The translations under genes were made by a program, and so were the position numbers. 64,000 bases of DNA from Lama guanicoe (Eukaryota). Position 1 is the first letter of the stretch; each line of letters opens with the position of its first letter. The stretch is from NCBI GenBank assembly GCA_013239625.1, contig MU056000.1, forward strand, positions 13,975,787-14,039,786, given 5' to 3'. This document shows, in pieces, positions 1 through 12,760 of the stretch. The notes beneath the pieces are model-generated. The model ran no database searches. It was not told where the DNA came from and worked only from the letters and a program-made list of their open reading frames with translations.

Positions 1-569
1 CTTTCAATATAGGACTTTTAAGTAATAGCAAATTCTGCCAGTGAGAAGAAATTACATGAAATAACCAGTCTATCTGCATAGATTGTAAGGAATATAAACA
101 TTTATTACTAGAGAGGGCAAAGAAGGAAAGCAGAAAGTGTGTGTTATGCACTGAAGGATGGTTAGATGTGTGGCTAAAGACTGAATCAAATATCTGAACA
201 TAAAGGGGCTTCTGTGACACTTTTACTTCTAAAAATTGGGAAATACTGAAGAATTTTAAGTACGTTAATAACATGGTAAGATATACCTTAAACAGCTCAT
301 TCTCACTTTGCACGGATGTGAAGAAGTCTTTGATGAGGCTGGAAATAATAATTTTACAAAAAGTTTCAAGATATTCATCTACCTTTCAAAACCCACTCCA
401 GGATTTCTGCTCCACAGGGATGAGAGAATCCAGGGAACCCAACACAGGAGACAGCAGATCAGCTGGGTGACTTTGCTATACTTTTGAGGAAAATGACAAA
501 TGATAATCTATTATTAATGGGAATGAAGAAGAGCTGAGAGAATCAAAATGTACTATAGAGAATTTGTCA

Positions 570-900
570 AACTTCCACGAAGATAGATTAAGTCTAAGGA
601 GGTGAAATAAAAGGACAATTCTAGAAAGATGTCTAGGTTACTATCTGGCTCAGCCAAATGAGTAAGTGTTGAGAAAAGAAAAGAAGTGGACACTCTTGAG
701 TGCATATATCATAGCTTGTAGCACTGGTGTGTATCAAGCAGAAACACCCAGTAAGCACTTAGACACACACACACCAGTTTGAAATTTATTAGAGATTTAT
801 GGGCAAGGGTTAAGGTTTTGCTCAAAAAAAAGTAGAGTAGATTATGTTATTCAAGTAATTTATCAATTTAAGAAGCCGGTAAAGTTCAGGGACTGAGCAG
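570..900 (-). mobile_element. Degraded L2-like LINE fragment
   Basis: Purine-rich stretch resembling the antisense L2 body; highly diverged, boundaries uncertain. Confidence 0.35.
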
Positions 901-1904
901 TTAGGTCAAAGAGAAAACTGACGAGCATTAATGTGCTCTCAGGTTGCAAGTTTCTGTGCTTCTTACATCAAATCTAAGATTCGGTGAATAGAACAAGCTC
1001 TTTCAGTTACAATGGAAAATAATTAAGAAAATTTAACACTAGAAGTTGTAATGGGTAAAAGCATTGCTTTCAAAATATTTCAAGTGAATACACCATTGAC
1101 AATACCCTTGTTTATTTACTCAACAGATCCTTTTTAACTTCCTAATGTTTCATTCGAGTTAGAATTAGAAGAGTCTAAAGTTGACACTAAGTCAGCCGTG
1201 CTTTCGCATTTCTCTCCCCTGGTGTCCCATTCAGACTTATAAATGTGGGAGAAGTTTGCCTGATGAAAATTGCTGAGTCTTATGTTCTTAGTGCTAGGTT
1301 ACATAATTTTGAGACAGAAACTTGTCAAATAGGATTTCATCAAAGAAATCAATTGAAACTTAATTGATTCAATTTCTAGGTTTGTCTTGATTTATGATAG
1401 AAAATTATAGGATGAATAAACTAGATTACAAAAACAGACAACAAACATAAACCGTGGAAGACTAAAGGTGGAAGAATCGTGAATGCAAAGGAAAAACCTA
1501 ATTCTGAAGCCTAAGTGCGTGTAAATGGAACAAGATAAGCATCTGTGTGTCTTAATGCAGAAGGCAGGCAAAGAGCATGACTTGAGTAGGCCGTAATACA
1601 CAATGCACGATGAGTTCTTTGTATCACAAGATAGTCGTTACCAGTGATGGAGAAAGGAGTGCTGGCATGTAGGAACAAATCTTGGATCTTTTGCAATAAA
1701 CATGTGCAGATTATTAACTATGCATAGTGTACACCTAGCTTTCCTCCTCCCCAAATCCAAACGATTTGTTGTTTGGGGAAAGACTGAGAAGCATAGGCTA
1801 ATTAAGACCTCAGTGGTTGGAGCCATTCTACAGCTGCCCTGAGATACATGAACAACCCTCAAGCTGATAGATCAGCCAACATCACCTAGTGGTAAACGGC
1901 CGAC

Positions 1905-2080
1905 CTGCAGCGTCTGAACCGCATATCCACTACAGACTACCCATGTGACCTCGGGAGAATGTTTTCACTTTACTGTGTTCCAGTTTGCCCATCTATAAAA
2001 TCCAGATAACATTATTGTCACATTTATAGAGCTGCGGTGGGAATTAACGTAAAGCACTTGGAAGAATGCTTAGTAAATGA
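1905..2080 (+). mobile_element. MIR SINE
   Basis: MIR core-like sequence tgtgacctcgggaga...cagtttgcccatctataaaat...gtaaagcacttggaaga. Confidence 0.7.
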
Positions 2081-4739
2081 ATGAAAACTCCTTTTACTTG
2101 TAGAATCGGTCATCTCCTCTCGTGTTATCCTGCTGATACCCTTGGTATTGAGAAGACTAATCGTAATTCTTCATTTTCTCTGAAATAAATTGATCTGTGC
2201 CCACAGTTTTTCTCTATATGATTCCCATAAGTGTTTTAATCTTCAGCAATGTTAATAAAGGACCAAATAATTTAGTACAATTTTCTTTACTGGTTGGTGA
2301 TGTTAATCCCCTGAAAGTGCAGGAGAGCTTACTTTGAAAGACCAACTCCATAGGAACAGTGATGTGAGTGAACAAAAACAATATGATAATAACATAGGCA
2401 TTATCTGACAGAAAGATAAGAAGCTTTGAGAAATATTCTGTCAACCCCTGTATTGAAAAACAAAGTATGGCTTTATTGGGAACAGGGATATTGTCAATGA
2501 TAATATTTGATGGCAGCGTTTGTTTTTAATCTCCTTGTCAGTGATAATTTAAAAGTCCAGATTTTAAAACTCAAACCCTCTCGTTATAGACAACAGTAAA
2601 ATAATGTTCAACACAGTTATTTTCAGAAATGATTTTTCTTAAGATACATAGTTGCTGGGATATGATAAAATGAGAAATTTCTTGAGGTGACGCCCATCCA
2701 CATTTCACCAAGAACAATAATGACTTATTTTATTTAACAGTAAACAATATTTTGCCATATTAATCAATTTTTTTTCTAATTTGAGACACAAAGGAAATGA
2801 GAAAGCTAATCCATAAATGGTTGCCCTTTCACGATGCTCCAGTATTTTCCTTTTCTTTTTCTTTTTCTATTTGGCTTCTTTTTAGACTGCTAGTAATTAC
2901 TAGAAGCTGTCAGGTTAAATATCATTAGATTAAATATCTTCAGAAACCAAATTATGTACCAAAGAGTAATATCTTACGGCTTCTGAAATATTCAAAAAGC
3001 CACCATAGTCTTTTGAGATAGTTATTTATATGTTTCTAGCTATTTATTTTAGCGATTAAACAATATTTTTGACAAAACCAGATGATTATAATGTAGAAGT
3101 GTTTTAGTTCTGGCTTATATCCAGATTTTTGGAAATTTTAAGCCTTATTAACCCACATAGAAATTAATAGGAACCAGAATTTTAAGAAGAAATATAAATT
3201 TCCAGATATTTCTTGTGATATTTCTTTGGATAGTGAATCCAAATATCTCTATAAAAATGTTACTAAAATATTTCTTTTAATTAACTCAAATAACTTCAGT
3301 CAGCTTCCTGCATCCCACTTTTTCATGGTTTAAATTTCACAAGCCTAACTTACTCCTGCAATCAGAATAATAACGCTTAAAATACTATGGTAGTTTTCTA
3401 TGCAGCAAACTCTACAATTATAAACACATGTAATTGTTACCATAAAGCTGTGGGAGCGATGGTATGATATTCTCCCTTTAAATTACTTGATCGAGTTCAC
3501 ACGGGCGAAATGGGTGAAGTCAGACCAAGGTCCAGGCAGTCTGACCTCTCTATCATTACACAAATCGCATCCTTAACAAAGAAACATTTATGCAAATCAA
3601 ATTTCACAAGATCCTCACTAACTGAATAGGAAATGAAGAGAAAAAGGTACAGTTTGCTGCATTACATCCTCTAGTTTTTCTGACATAGTAGCAGAAATGA
3701 TAATATTCAAGTAATAAGTTTACATCATAGTGAATTTGGGGAGGAGCAGAGGGTTCAACTTAATAGGCAGGAAATGAGAAATGTTCTTCCTAAGGATTTG
3801 CAAATGTAAGAGGTCAGAACATTTAAGTTGATTTTGCACAGTGAAGGCACTATATAAAAAACGGATTTTCACGTAAGAATTTAATTTAAAAAATCCAAAT
3901 ATTTTTGCAAAAAAAAAAAAATTCAAAGAGAGAGGATAAAAAAGAAAGGAAACCAGTAGGTGCTCACCCATGCCGCATGCCCAAGGGGCCGTGAGCTCCC
4001 AGAGAGCTAGGAAGGGTGCACAGCGAGTGAATGAGACAGAAGGAAAGAGCTGCTCTGATTTGGAGAGTTGCTTTGTAGTTATCATCATTTCCTTTTCTGC
4101 TAACTTCTCCGTGGCATGATTTTATTTGGTTTCCCTTTCTATACTTTTTCATTGTTTCTTCTTCAGATCATTTCCCCTTCCAGTTAAGAAACTCTTCCAA
4201 TCATCCCTATAAAATCGTAAGCTCACTGCCCTACTGATTTTACTTATTGGGAGAAATGAGAAAAGTAGCTTACTTTACACAGATGTCAGTTTATCATTTT
4301 CACAACACTGCAAAATGTATAATTTTATTAAGAAATAGCAACAACTTAATTTGCAAACATTTTTTTTCTGCCAAGGAAATAATTAGAGATGGATGAAATT
4401 ATTTAAATATATATTTTGTTCTTTTTTATACAGAATCACCCTTGAATCATTTATTCTGTAAATGGATATTTGTACCTCCTCACCTCCCTCACCTATTTCT
4501 CTCATCCCACCACACCATATATTAACGTATATAAATAAATATATATTGATCAAGGTGATAAAGGTGTTATTTAAAAGACCAAAGTACTCAGAAAAAAGAA
4601 AATTCATTAATAGAACAATGTTTAATATAATAAAATATAATTACATTCATAATATAATAAAATATAAATACATTTTATTATATGTATTATATATATATAT
4701 GCATAGGAATAATAAAAGATAGGATAGAAATATGTAAAA

Positions 4740-5244
4740 TATAACTTTGTTCAGATGGGAAAATAACACCTATAAACTGTCAGTAACATAATAAATTACA
4801 AATCAGAAACCTAATGAAAACAGTTTGTAACTGCTAAATGCTTAAGAAATACATTAATGCTGCAATAAATATGGCAATTAATCTTAGAAAAAACCCTTGA
4901 ATTTGCTCATAAAAGTGGCTATTGGAAAAGATGCAGCTTGAATTACAGTCGAGGGATAGAAGATGTGTTCTCTGAAATAGGATGGGAAAGTTGTAACACA
5001 TGATGTGAGTAGGTGTGGGGGGGGCTCATTACACCTGCAGTGACATAGCTGGTAGATGTCTGAAGTGTGTGTGTGTGTGTGTGTGCACATATTGTGTATT
5101 CAGTTGGATGCAGTCTTCTGTATTCACCTTGTATTTCTTATGGATCAAATAGTGCATAAGCAAATACAAAATTTGCAGTATGCAAAAATTATCACTTTGG
5201 AGTACGCTTGTGTTTACAAAATAAGCTTATAGCAGAACCCACTG
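4740..5244. mobile_element. TcMar-Tigger DNA transposon relic (Tigger8-like), one end lost
   Basis: Ends in ttatagcagaacccactg followed by TA. Internal blocks ttaagaaatacattaatgctgcaataaatatggc, aaagttgtaacac and agctggtagatg match a recalled Tigger consensus. Contains a (GT)n tract at about 5064-5085. Confidence 0.65.
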
Positions 5245-7009
5245 TATTTCAAGTTCACCAAATCACAACTATTTGCATTGTCACAGAGAAACAGGGCACT
5301 TATAATTACAACTAGAATTATCACAAATGTTTTCCCTGCCACGAAAACCCAATCAAGGATCCCAGCCAGCTAGTGACAAGAACCTATGGACAAAATTGTG
5401 GGGCACTGAAAACATAACAAAGAAAGAAGGAAAAGAAACTGTAGTTTTACTGTCTAGAAAACCATGTGATTTTAATTAAGCCATTACTGTATAAACAAAA
5501 TAGTAATAACTGTGTACTAATTTAAATTTATTTGAAAAAAAATTAGCCTTGCTCCTTTCAACTCATCACAGACAATCACCTAAGGTGGAAAAGTGATTCA
5601 GTATACACTTAATTAGCTTGTGTTTCTTTAAATATAATTTAATTAAAGGAAGACATTATACCTGTAATATCAAAAGAGTTGATTATATGGTCTTAAGTAT
5701 TGTAGATTCTCAGTTTATATCTAGATTTCTGAACTATAGAGAGCTTTATTAAGTATTTACATAAAATTCTTTGAAAATATAGAGAACACTCAGAAAGAAA
5801 AGAGGGCTCTAATAGTCAACATTTCAGCCATCTTCGAAGTTTAGACAGTGTTTATAAGCAACACTTATAAAAATTGTTTCAAAACAGGTGTTTATTTCAA
5901 CAGCAATCCTCTTACTGTTTGTTAAATCAATAATACCTCTAAATCTCCACTCTCAGAGTTAGTAAAAGAAAAACCATATTTTTCAATTTCAAGCAATAAA
6001 TAGTCTTAGAAATAATGTCAAATAATTGAAATCAACTTTGTGTTTTGAAAAGTTAAAAAGTAAGTTAAAACTTTTAAAGTTGTCTAAAAGAATTCAAGTG
6101 CATCTTCCTTGGGAATTTCTCACTGGGAAGGATTTTATTATTTCTATATAATTAGTAGTCTGTTATCTCCCTCCATATCCATTCCTGAAATTTCTTGGTA
6201 TCTCACTTTGGCACTTGGTTTTAATCTTTCCCAAACTTTACTTATAACTTGGTTACAAAATACTGATTGTAAATAATCAAAAATATGGATGAGGCCTCTA
6301 GGAAACAATACCAGGAATGTGGAAACTGAGAAATCTGGGTCAAATTCCATTCCAAATTTGTTCTAATCCGTCTCAGATTTAGGATAGTTGTCTATTTTCC
6401 TCTTTTGCACGTTTTAGTCCATAAGCTTGTACATGCACATACATTTGCAAAAAGGGGTGCACAAACATAACCCAGCCTCCAAGGATGAGAAGGAGCTTCC
6501 ACCACATTAGTAGGTCCAGGCTCCTCAATCTAAGAGGAGACTCTCTGTAAGAGAGTACTTAAAGTTTTCAGGCCATCTTCTCAAGCTATGCATTCTCCGG
6601 ACGACTGTCCATTATTGAAATCTGTTCTGAACAATGTGACTGGAAAGTATAGAGGATGTAAGCAAAATTCTATTTAGGAAAATTAAAAAATCTTTTAAAT
6701 GAAAATTAATGACAGAAAGTGATAACCAAGAGTATTTTTTTTCCATATACTCATCTATTTTGAATTCGTAACTTATCTGACAACAAGAAAATAAGAAAAA
6801 AATAATTTGCACATATTTTAAAGCAGCTATAGAAAGTCTTAAAGAAGGTAAAATACAAACTTTGATTGATATTAAAAGGTATTTCACATTCCTGAGTCCA
6901 TATTTCACTAGCTTAACAATCATGCTGCTGCAATGCCCAGTACATAGATTCTCAAGTTAATTTATAATTAAGCTTTCTGTGTGTACGTGTATGATGGCAG
7001 GGGCGGGTT

Positions 7010-7125
7010 GTTAATCTTTACCTTTCATTCCTATTACCTGCTAGAAGCTCTGGCACTTTGTTGGAGATGAATGTTAATGAGTGTTTATTGAATGGTAATG
7101 AATACTTGTTGAATAAATGAATGAC
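7010..7125 (+). mobile_element. L2 3' end
   Basis: Ends in the typical L2 tail aatacttgttgaataaatgaatga. Confidence 0.55.
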
Positions 7126-8339
7126 AAGGTCAACTACATATGATGAATTACATCATACAATAAGGTCAGAAGGCTTAGGTGGCACTTCAAGAGGGATCGC
7201 TAGGAGAAATTATGTCAAGAGGAGAGGAGATCTTGCTACAGTTTGGGAACAGTGCTTAATAACACCTAAGACAGTGCCTGAGACAGAGTGGTGCTCAGGT
7301 AATTAGCATCGATTGAACCTGGAGCTTTGTCCTTTATTCCACTTGATTGACTTTGGTACAACAAAATACCACTTTCCTGGTGTGTGACTGTGTGCACACG
7401 TTCATGCATGTGTGTGTGAAACGGACAGGTAATTAAAGCACCAGGACTGTGTGTGTGCATACAGAACAATGCAGCAATTTGTTGGAAGGATACACTCATA
7501 ATTATTTTTTTCTATTGACCATCTGTCTCCAAACTAATCATTTTTTTTTATTGAGCAAGTACACATTAGGGGCATAAACTGTGGTTATGTTGTATGTGTA
7601 TGTTTGCTACAAAGGCTACTTTGAGAAAAAATCATCATAGGGTTAAATCTAAGGGTTCAGGGCTCTTGGATATTAGATATCATTTTGCTACCCAGAGAGA
7701 GACCAAATGAATGATCACTGATCTGCTTATACAACAGAAATAGCTTGTCGACCCCAAGAAAAACTAAGAACACATTCAAAGCCTGAAAATATAATAGATT
7801 TTTTTTTGCCTGACATACAATCAATTACAAAAATAGTCACAAAATTGCAATTATTGTTCCAAAGTTGACTGACAGTGACACACGGGCTTGTCCTCTACAC
7901 AGGTTTCCACATGGCAATCAGCATCCTAGGGGCTGCAATCAGGAACAGGTTACTGCTCCCTGAGTTGACACTTGGATAATTTCAGCTCTTTGAGTCAAAG
8001 TCAGAATTTATTGCAAGCACCAGGTATATCAACCTTTAACTTCAACTACAACCAAAGTTAAATTTCCTTACATGTGTGAGAAGGTTAAACAATTTCCAGA
8101 AGTGAGCTTATCTTCAACATCGCCAATCAAAAGCTAGAACATAGCCTCAAACACAGAAGTTAAAAGAGGGTTGATTGCACTCCCGTTACCCAATGTCAAA
8201 TAAGATTATATATTTCCAGTTATTTACTTATACATTGCAGTGCCACTTTATTGCAATTAAATTATATTACAATGATAATTCCTTGGTATGATTTGTATGT
8301 GTGCAGTTCTGCCTGTGTGTGTCCTTGTGTATAAGTCTC

Positions 8340-8515
8340 TAAGTATTCACATCTATCCTGACACAAAATTAAGGGAGGCATTTTTATTCTCATTTTATAA
8401 GGGAGAAAATTGAAGCTTAGGGTCAAGAACTGATTTAATTAGGCCACATGGGGAGCATATGATGGAAAAGAAATGTAACTCTATCATCTAAATCTGGATC
8501 CAATGTTCACACTCT
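8340..8515 (-). mobile_element. MIR SINE
   Basis: tttattctcattttataagggagaaaattgaagcttag resembles the antisense MIR core. Confidence 0.6.
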
Positions 8516-10973
8516 TATAAAATTTGCTTCCCAGAGCTTACCAGTGATCTTTTGCCTCTTTTCAGATCATGTCTGAACTTCAAAGTAAATACAATATTGC
8601 ATTTCATTCAAGTTAACTGTCTCTTTAAGTTGGAACCCTGGAAGCAAATGAAAACTCAGAATTTTTATTGGCAGTTGAAGGAGTTTTGTTCACCAGTACA
8701 GTTTTACATGTCCCCATAGAAAAGACTATTTAATTACTAAAAGCAAATCAACTGCGTTATTTCATAGATTTCAAAGATTAGGTAACTATAGGCCATTTGT
8801 GTTCCAGACCAGTTAGCTGTAATGGGTCATTCATCCTTGGAATTACCACATAGTATCATATAAATATCTCATGGGACAAATAAGCCTCATTGCTCTATTT
8901 TGTTATGATTTAAAAATGGTTGAATAGGTTGTGGTAGTCAAGAGTGCATGGAGTTTAATTAATTTTTAATAAAGACCATTAACTTAAGTATAGACTTTTT
9001 CCATCTGTCTAAAGCTTTCATGTAAATAATTCTCTAAACATTCTTTAAAAAAAAAACTTGTGTCTTGATTTGGAGCTTAAAAATACATTCATGATAAACT
9101 TAGAAGAAACTGTAAGTGTCAGTGTACTTTATGGGCAAAGATGCACTACAGAGGATATAGGGATATTGCAAATTAACATAACCTTTAGTGACAGAGAGAG
9201 TGGAGTTTGTCTAAATGCTGTCACCACTGAAAAGAGTTTTCAGTGGAATCTCATTTTGAATATGATTTATTATCTAAAAAGAGACCACAGGAGCCACCCA
9301 GTTGTTCTCAATAAGACCCAACATATTCACTATTTATAAAGGTGGCTTAAAATAAGATCGGACATATTTTGTCTCATTCTATAGGGAAAGTACGATGGAC
9401 GCAGTTAATTTATATAATTGTAAGGGCCAGTTCAGAAGTTTTGTTTGGTTTCCTGGTAATTTTTTTTCTTTATATCTGAGAAGGAGGAACTAGACTTTGA
9501 TTTCATTCCATTAACTGAGCAAAGTTAACATTTCAGAGCCTAGCAGATACAAGACAAGGAAGAGACACTGACAGGATGAATGAATTAGTTGAAATAAATC
9601 CTACGATAAGTAATTTTGCTTTTATATGAGATATAGAAGTACCTGGAAGCTTCAGTTGAAACACAAACCATTTTTTTAACAAAGAAAAAAATATCTGGAG
9701 AAGTAGAAGGTAACACCAGTTTTACGGGCTAAAAATATGATGCTCCGCCACGTATGTCCCAATATTTGGCAGATACTACAGGTGATTCTCTGATTTTTCA
9801 AATACAAAAGGAAATTAAATCTCGTGGTTTATTGGAATGAGAATAATTAGCTATAAATGAATCTCAGTGGCATACTTCACATAACTCATGTTAATAGAAC
9901 AACATAAAACTGATACACCATGTAAATTGTATTCTAAATGCAAAATCATGTATTAAATATGTATTCATTTTGACTGTAGACATATTGGTTTCCATAAGTG
10001 GTCTATATTTGAATCGTTAATGTGTGATATAAAGAATTCCTTTTTACTCGTCAGGACACTAGCAAACTGTAAAGCATGGATCATTTTATTCAAGGTTTAT
10101 TAATAAACTTGACCGTATCTTCCCAAGATACTATAGAAAATCATCAGAAGAAAACTGACACAGTGATATGATTGGACTATGAGTTCCCAGAGACAGAGTG
10201 AACCCATCTAAGCCTGTGTGGCTCCCGTTCAGTGATCCGCCTCTCTCTCCCTCAGATGAATGCAAGGCCTATCCAGGGAAGCAGTTTGTATCTTGCCTGC
10301 TCCAAGTCTCTTATTAGTCAGGGACGCCTTACGGAAATCCACATGCAATCTTCCTCCTGTCCCCGGCAAGTGACACATTTCTAAATACCATAAACAATGC
10401 ACTTCTCAATTGCAGATAAATTCTATGTCTGTTTATATATTCCTGTCTTATCAAACCTGGGAGCTATTTGATCATGTCTGCAAAGAACTGTAACACTACG
10501 GAACCAGAAACTTCAACCTGTAGCTCAGAATAGGTCACATTCTTGATAATGAACTTATTCGGAGGAAATAATTGATGTGAATCCATATTTTAAAATATGG
10601 ATGTTTTCTGAAAATAAATTAGCTTTATCTGTTTTTCTAAGAACATTACTGCTATTTCGTAATTTTGTACTCTGAGCTCAAAGACATTATTCTGTTTATA
10701 GCTACTTGAAACACAATTTAGTAGATACATAGAAAATTAAAATCAGTGATAGCAACCCTTTGGAATCCAAAGGTCAAGAAAGTGGTTTTCTGTATTGTGT
10801 ATGTCGAATTTGACTCAATAAATAATAAAATATTTCCAAAGGTTAGATATTTATCTTTAAAGTAGCTATATCTTTGAAATTATGATGTGACTTTAAAATT
10901 ACCTTCAATTCAAAGTCAGTGCATGAATAGGCAGAATGTTATAGATAGAAAACTGCATAGTAAAAATTGAAAG

Positions 10974-11037
10974 TAGGCATAATTTTCCTACTTTTCCTAC
11001 ATTCATAGGCATAATTTTCCTACTTTTCCTACATCCA
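10974..11037. repeat. 32-bp tandem duplication
   Basis: taggcataattttcctacttttcctacat(t/c)ca twice, one mismatch. Confidence 0.95.
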
Positions 11038-12251
11038 TAAAAATCATTGAATCATTTTAGATAACTGTGTGTGAAATTAAAATAAAAGAATGAATCCATA
11101 GAAATGAAAATTTTGGAAAAAGAGGGAAGAGGGAGAGGGGGAGAGCTCTAAGTGTATGTGTTTCAATGTTTATGTACCTTGAAGAGACCATGGTAGGTGA
11201 CTGGACCCCTTGGACTTCAGAGAAACTCTCATCAACTAAGATTTGACTTGAAAGTGAAATAGCAGAACATGACTATCAACTGGATGCTCTCAGCATAAGG
11301 TATAATGGTAGTTTTCATCATAAATATTCCTTAGGACTTTCACATCAGTGTGTTTCTCTTTTCTACAAGGTCTAAAACATAACTGAGTCTTCTCTATAGG
11401 GCAACAGTAGCAAAACACAGCACAAGTTAGACCCTAACCAGCATTCCCTCTGTTTTGAAATATTGAATGAGTTATATTCCAGCTAATACTTGCCTTCGTG
11501 TTTCTAATACAGCATCATTTCAGTGATCAGCGTCTTTATGTAATAGGTTAATTCAGCGTGTACTCAGGCTAAATAATGCTTCCAAATTATGCTTCAAAAA
11601 AAATAAATGAAACCAGTATCCAGACCACAGTATGTAGATTCCGTCTTTCCACCAAGGAACACGTCCATATTCTAAAGATATGTCTTTAGACCAAAAGTGT
11701 TTTGTATGTTCAATTTGTTCCAGATATTACTTAATATACTCTTACAACATTTTCCCCAGAGATAACCCTCTTCTGTTTTACCTTGTGAAAAAGACAGATT
11801 CAATTATTTGCCTAAAGTAGTCATTATCCTATGCCCCATCAAAATTATTTAGCTTCTGAGTACATAAGAATCTGCACAAATTATCCTCTGAATGAGAGTT
11901 ATAAACTGAACTCCAACTGCTTGTTTAGAACATCCATGCTGTACTTGCAGGGAGCAAATAACACCAATGTCATTCAAAGGCACATATCTAAACAACAGGA
12001 AAATCTTATCAGAGACAGAAACGGTTTTAAGGAGATGAGAAAATTAAATTTAAGGCATCAGACATTTGCTTCCTTTTTTTTTTGGTGGTAAAATATACAT
12101 AACACAAAATGGCACTGGGTGTGTTTTAGTCGCTTACCCTAATGCAGTGCTATATGCTAGGAGGTATGGATAAACAAAGGCAAAATAGGCATGTTTGGTC
12201 TCAAGAATAATGCAGTGTAGTCATATATACAATATAGAAATATATGTGCAG

Positions 12252-12579
12252 AAAAAAGAAGACACGAATGAACTTATCTACACCACAGAAACAGAGTCAA
12301 CAGACATAGTAAATAAGCTTATGGCTACCGGGGGAGAAGGGATGGGAAGGGACAAATTGGGAGTTTGAAATGTGTAAATACTAACTTCTGTATATAAAAT
12401 AGATAAAAAACAAATTTCTGCTGTATAGCACAGGGAACTATATTCACTATCTTGTAATAAACTATAATAAAAAAGAATATGAAAACAAATATATGTACAT
12501 ATATATATGACTAAAACATTATGCTGGACACCAGAAATTGACACATTGTAACTGACTATATACCTCAATAAAAAATAAA
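12252..12579 (+). mobile_element. L1 3' UTR with A-rich tail (5'-truncated, lineage-specific subfamily)
   Basis: gaacttatctac...ctgtatagcacagggaactatattca...caccagaaattgacacattgtaactgactata...aataaaaaa; closely similar to 56110-56436. Confidence 0.9.
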
Positions 12580-12624
12580 CATAAATAATGACCATATTAG
12601 TCAAAATGGATATGTACATTAGGA

Positions 12625-12760
12625 GCTATCCTTGGTATCTCAAATGTATTATCTCTAATCTCCAAAATCATCATGTAAGATACTTACCGTTTTTCTCATT
12701 CTACAGATGATGAAATATAGACTCAGACAGAATAAATTACTTTTCTGAAGTCAAACCATT
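12625..12760 (-). mobile_element. MIR SINE
   Basis: ctcattctacagatgatgaaatatagactcagacagaataaattactt is an antisense MIR core. Confidence 0.7.

Noticed and set aside
1345..1375. Short inverted repeat aatcaatt...aattgatt
   Set aside because: An 8-bp AT-rich stem is expected by chance.
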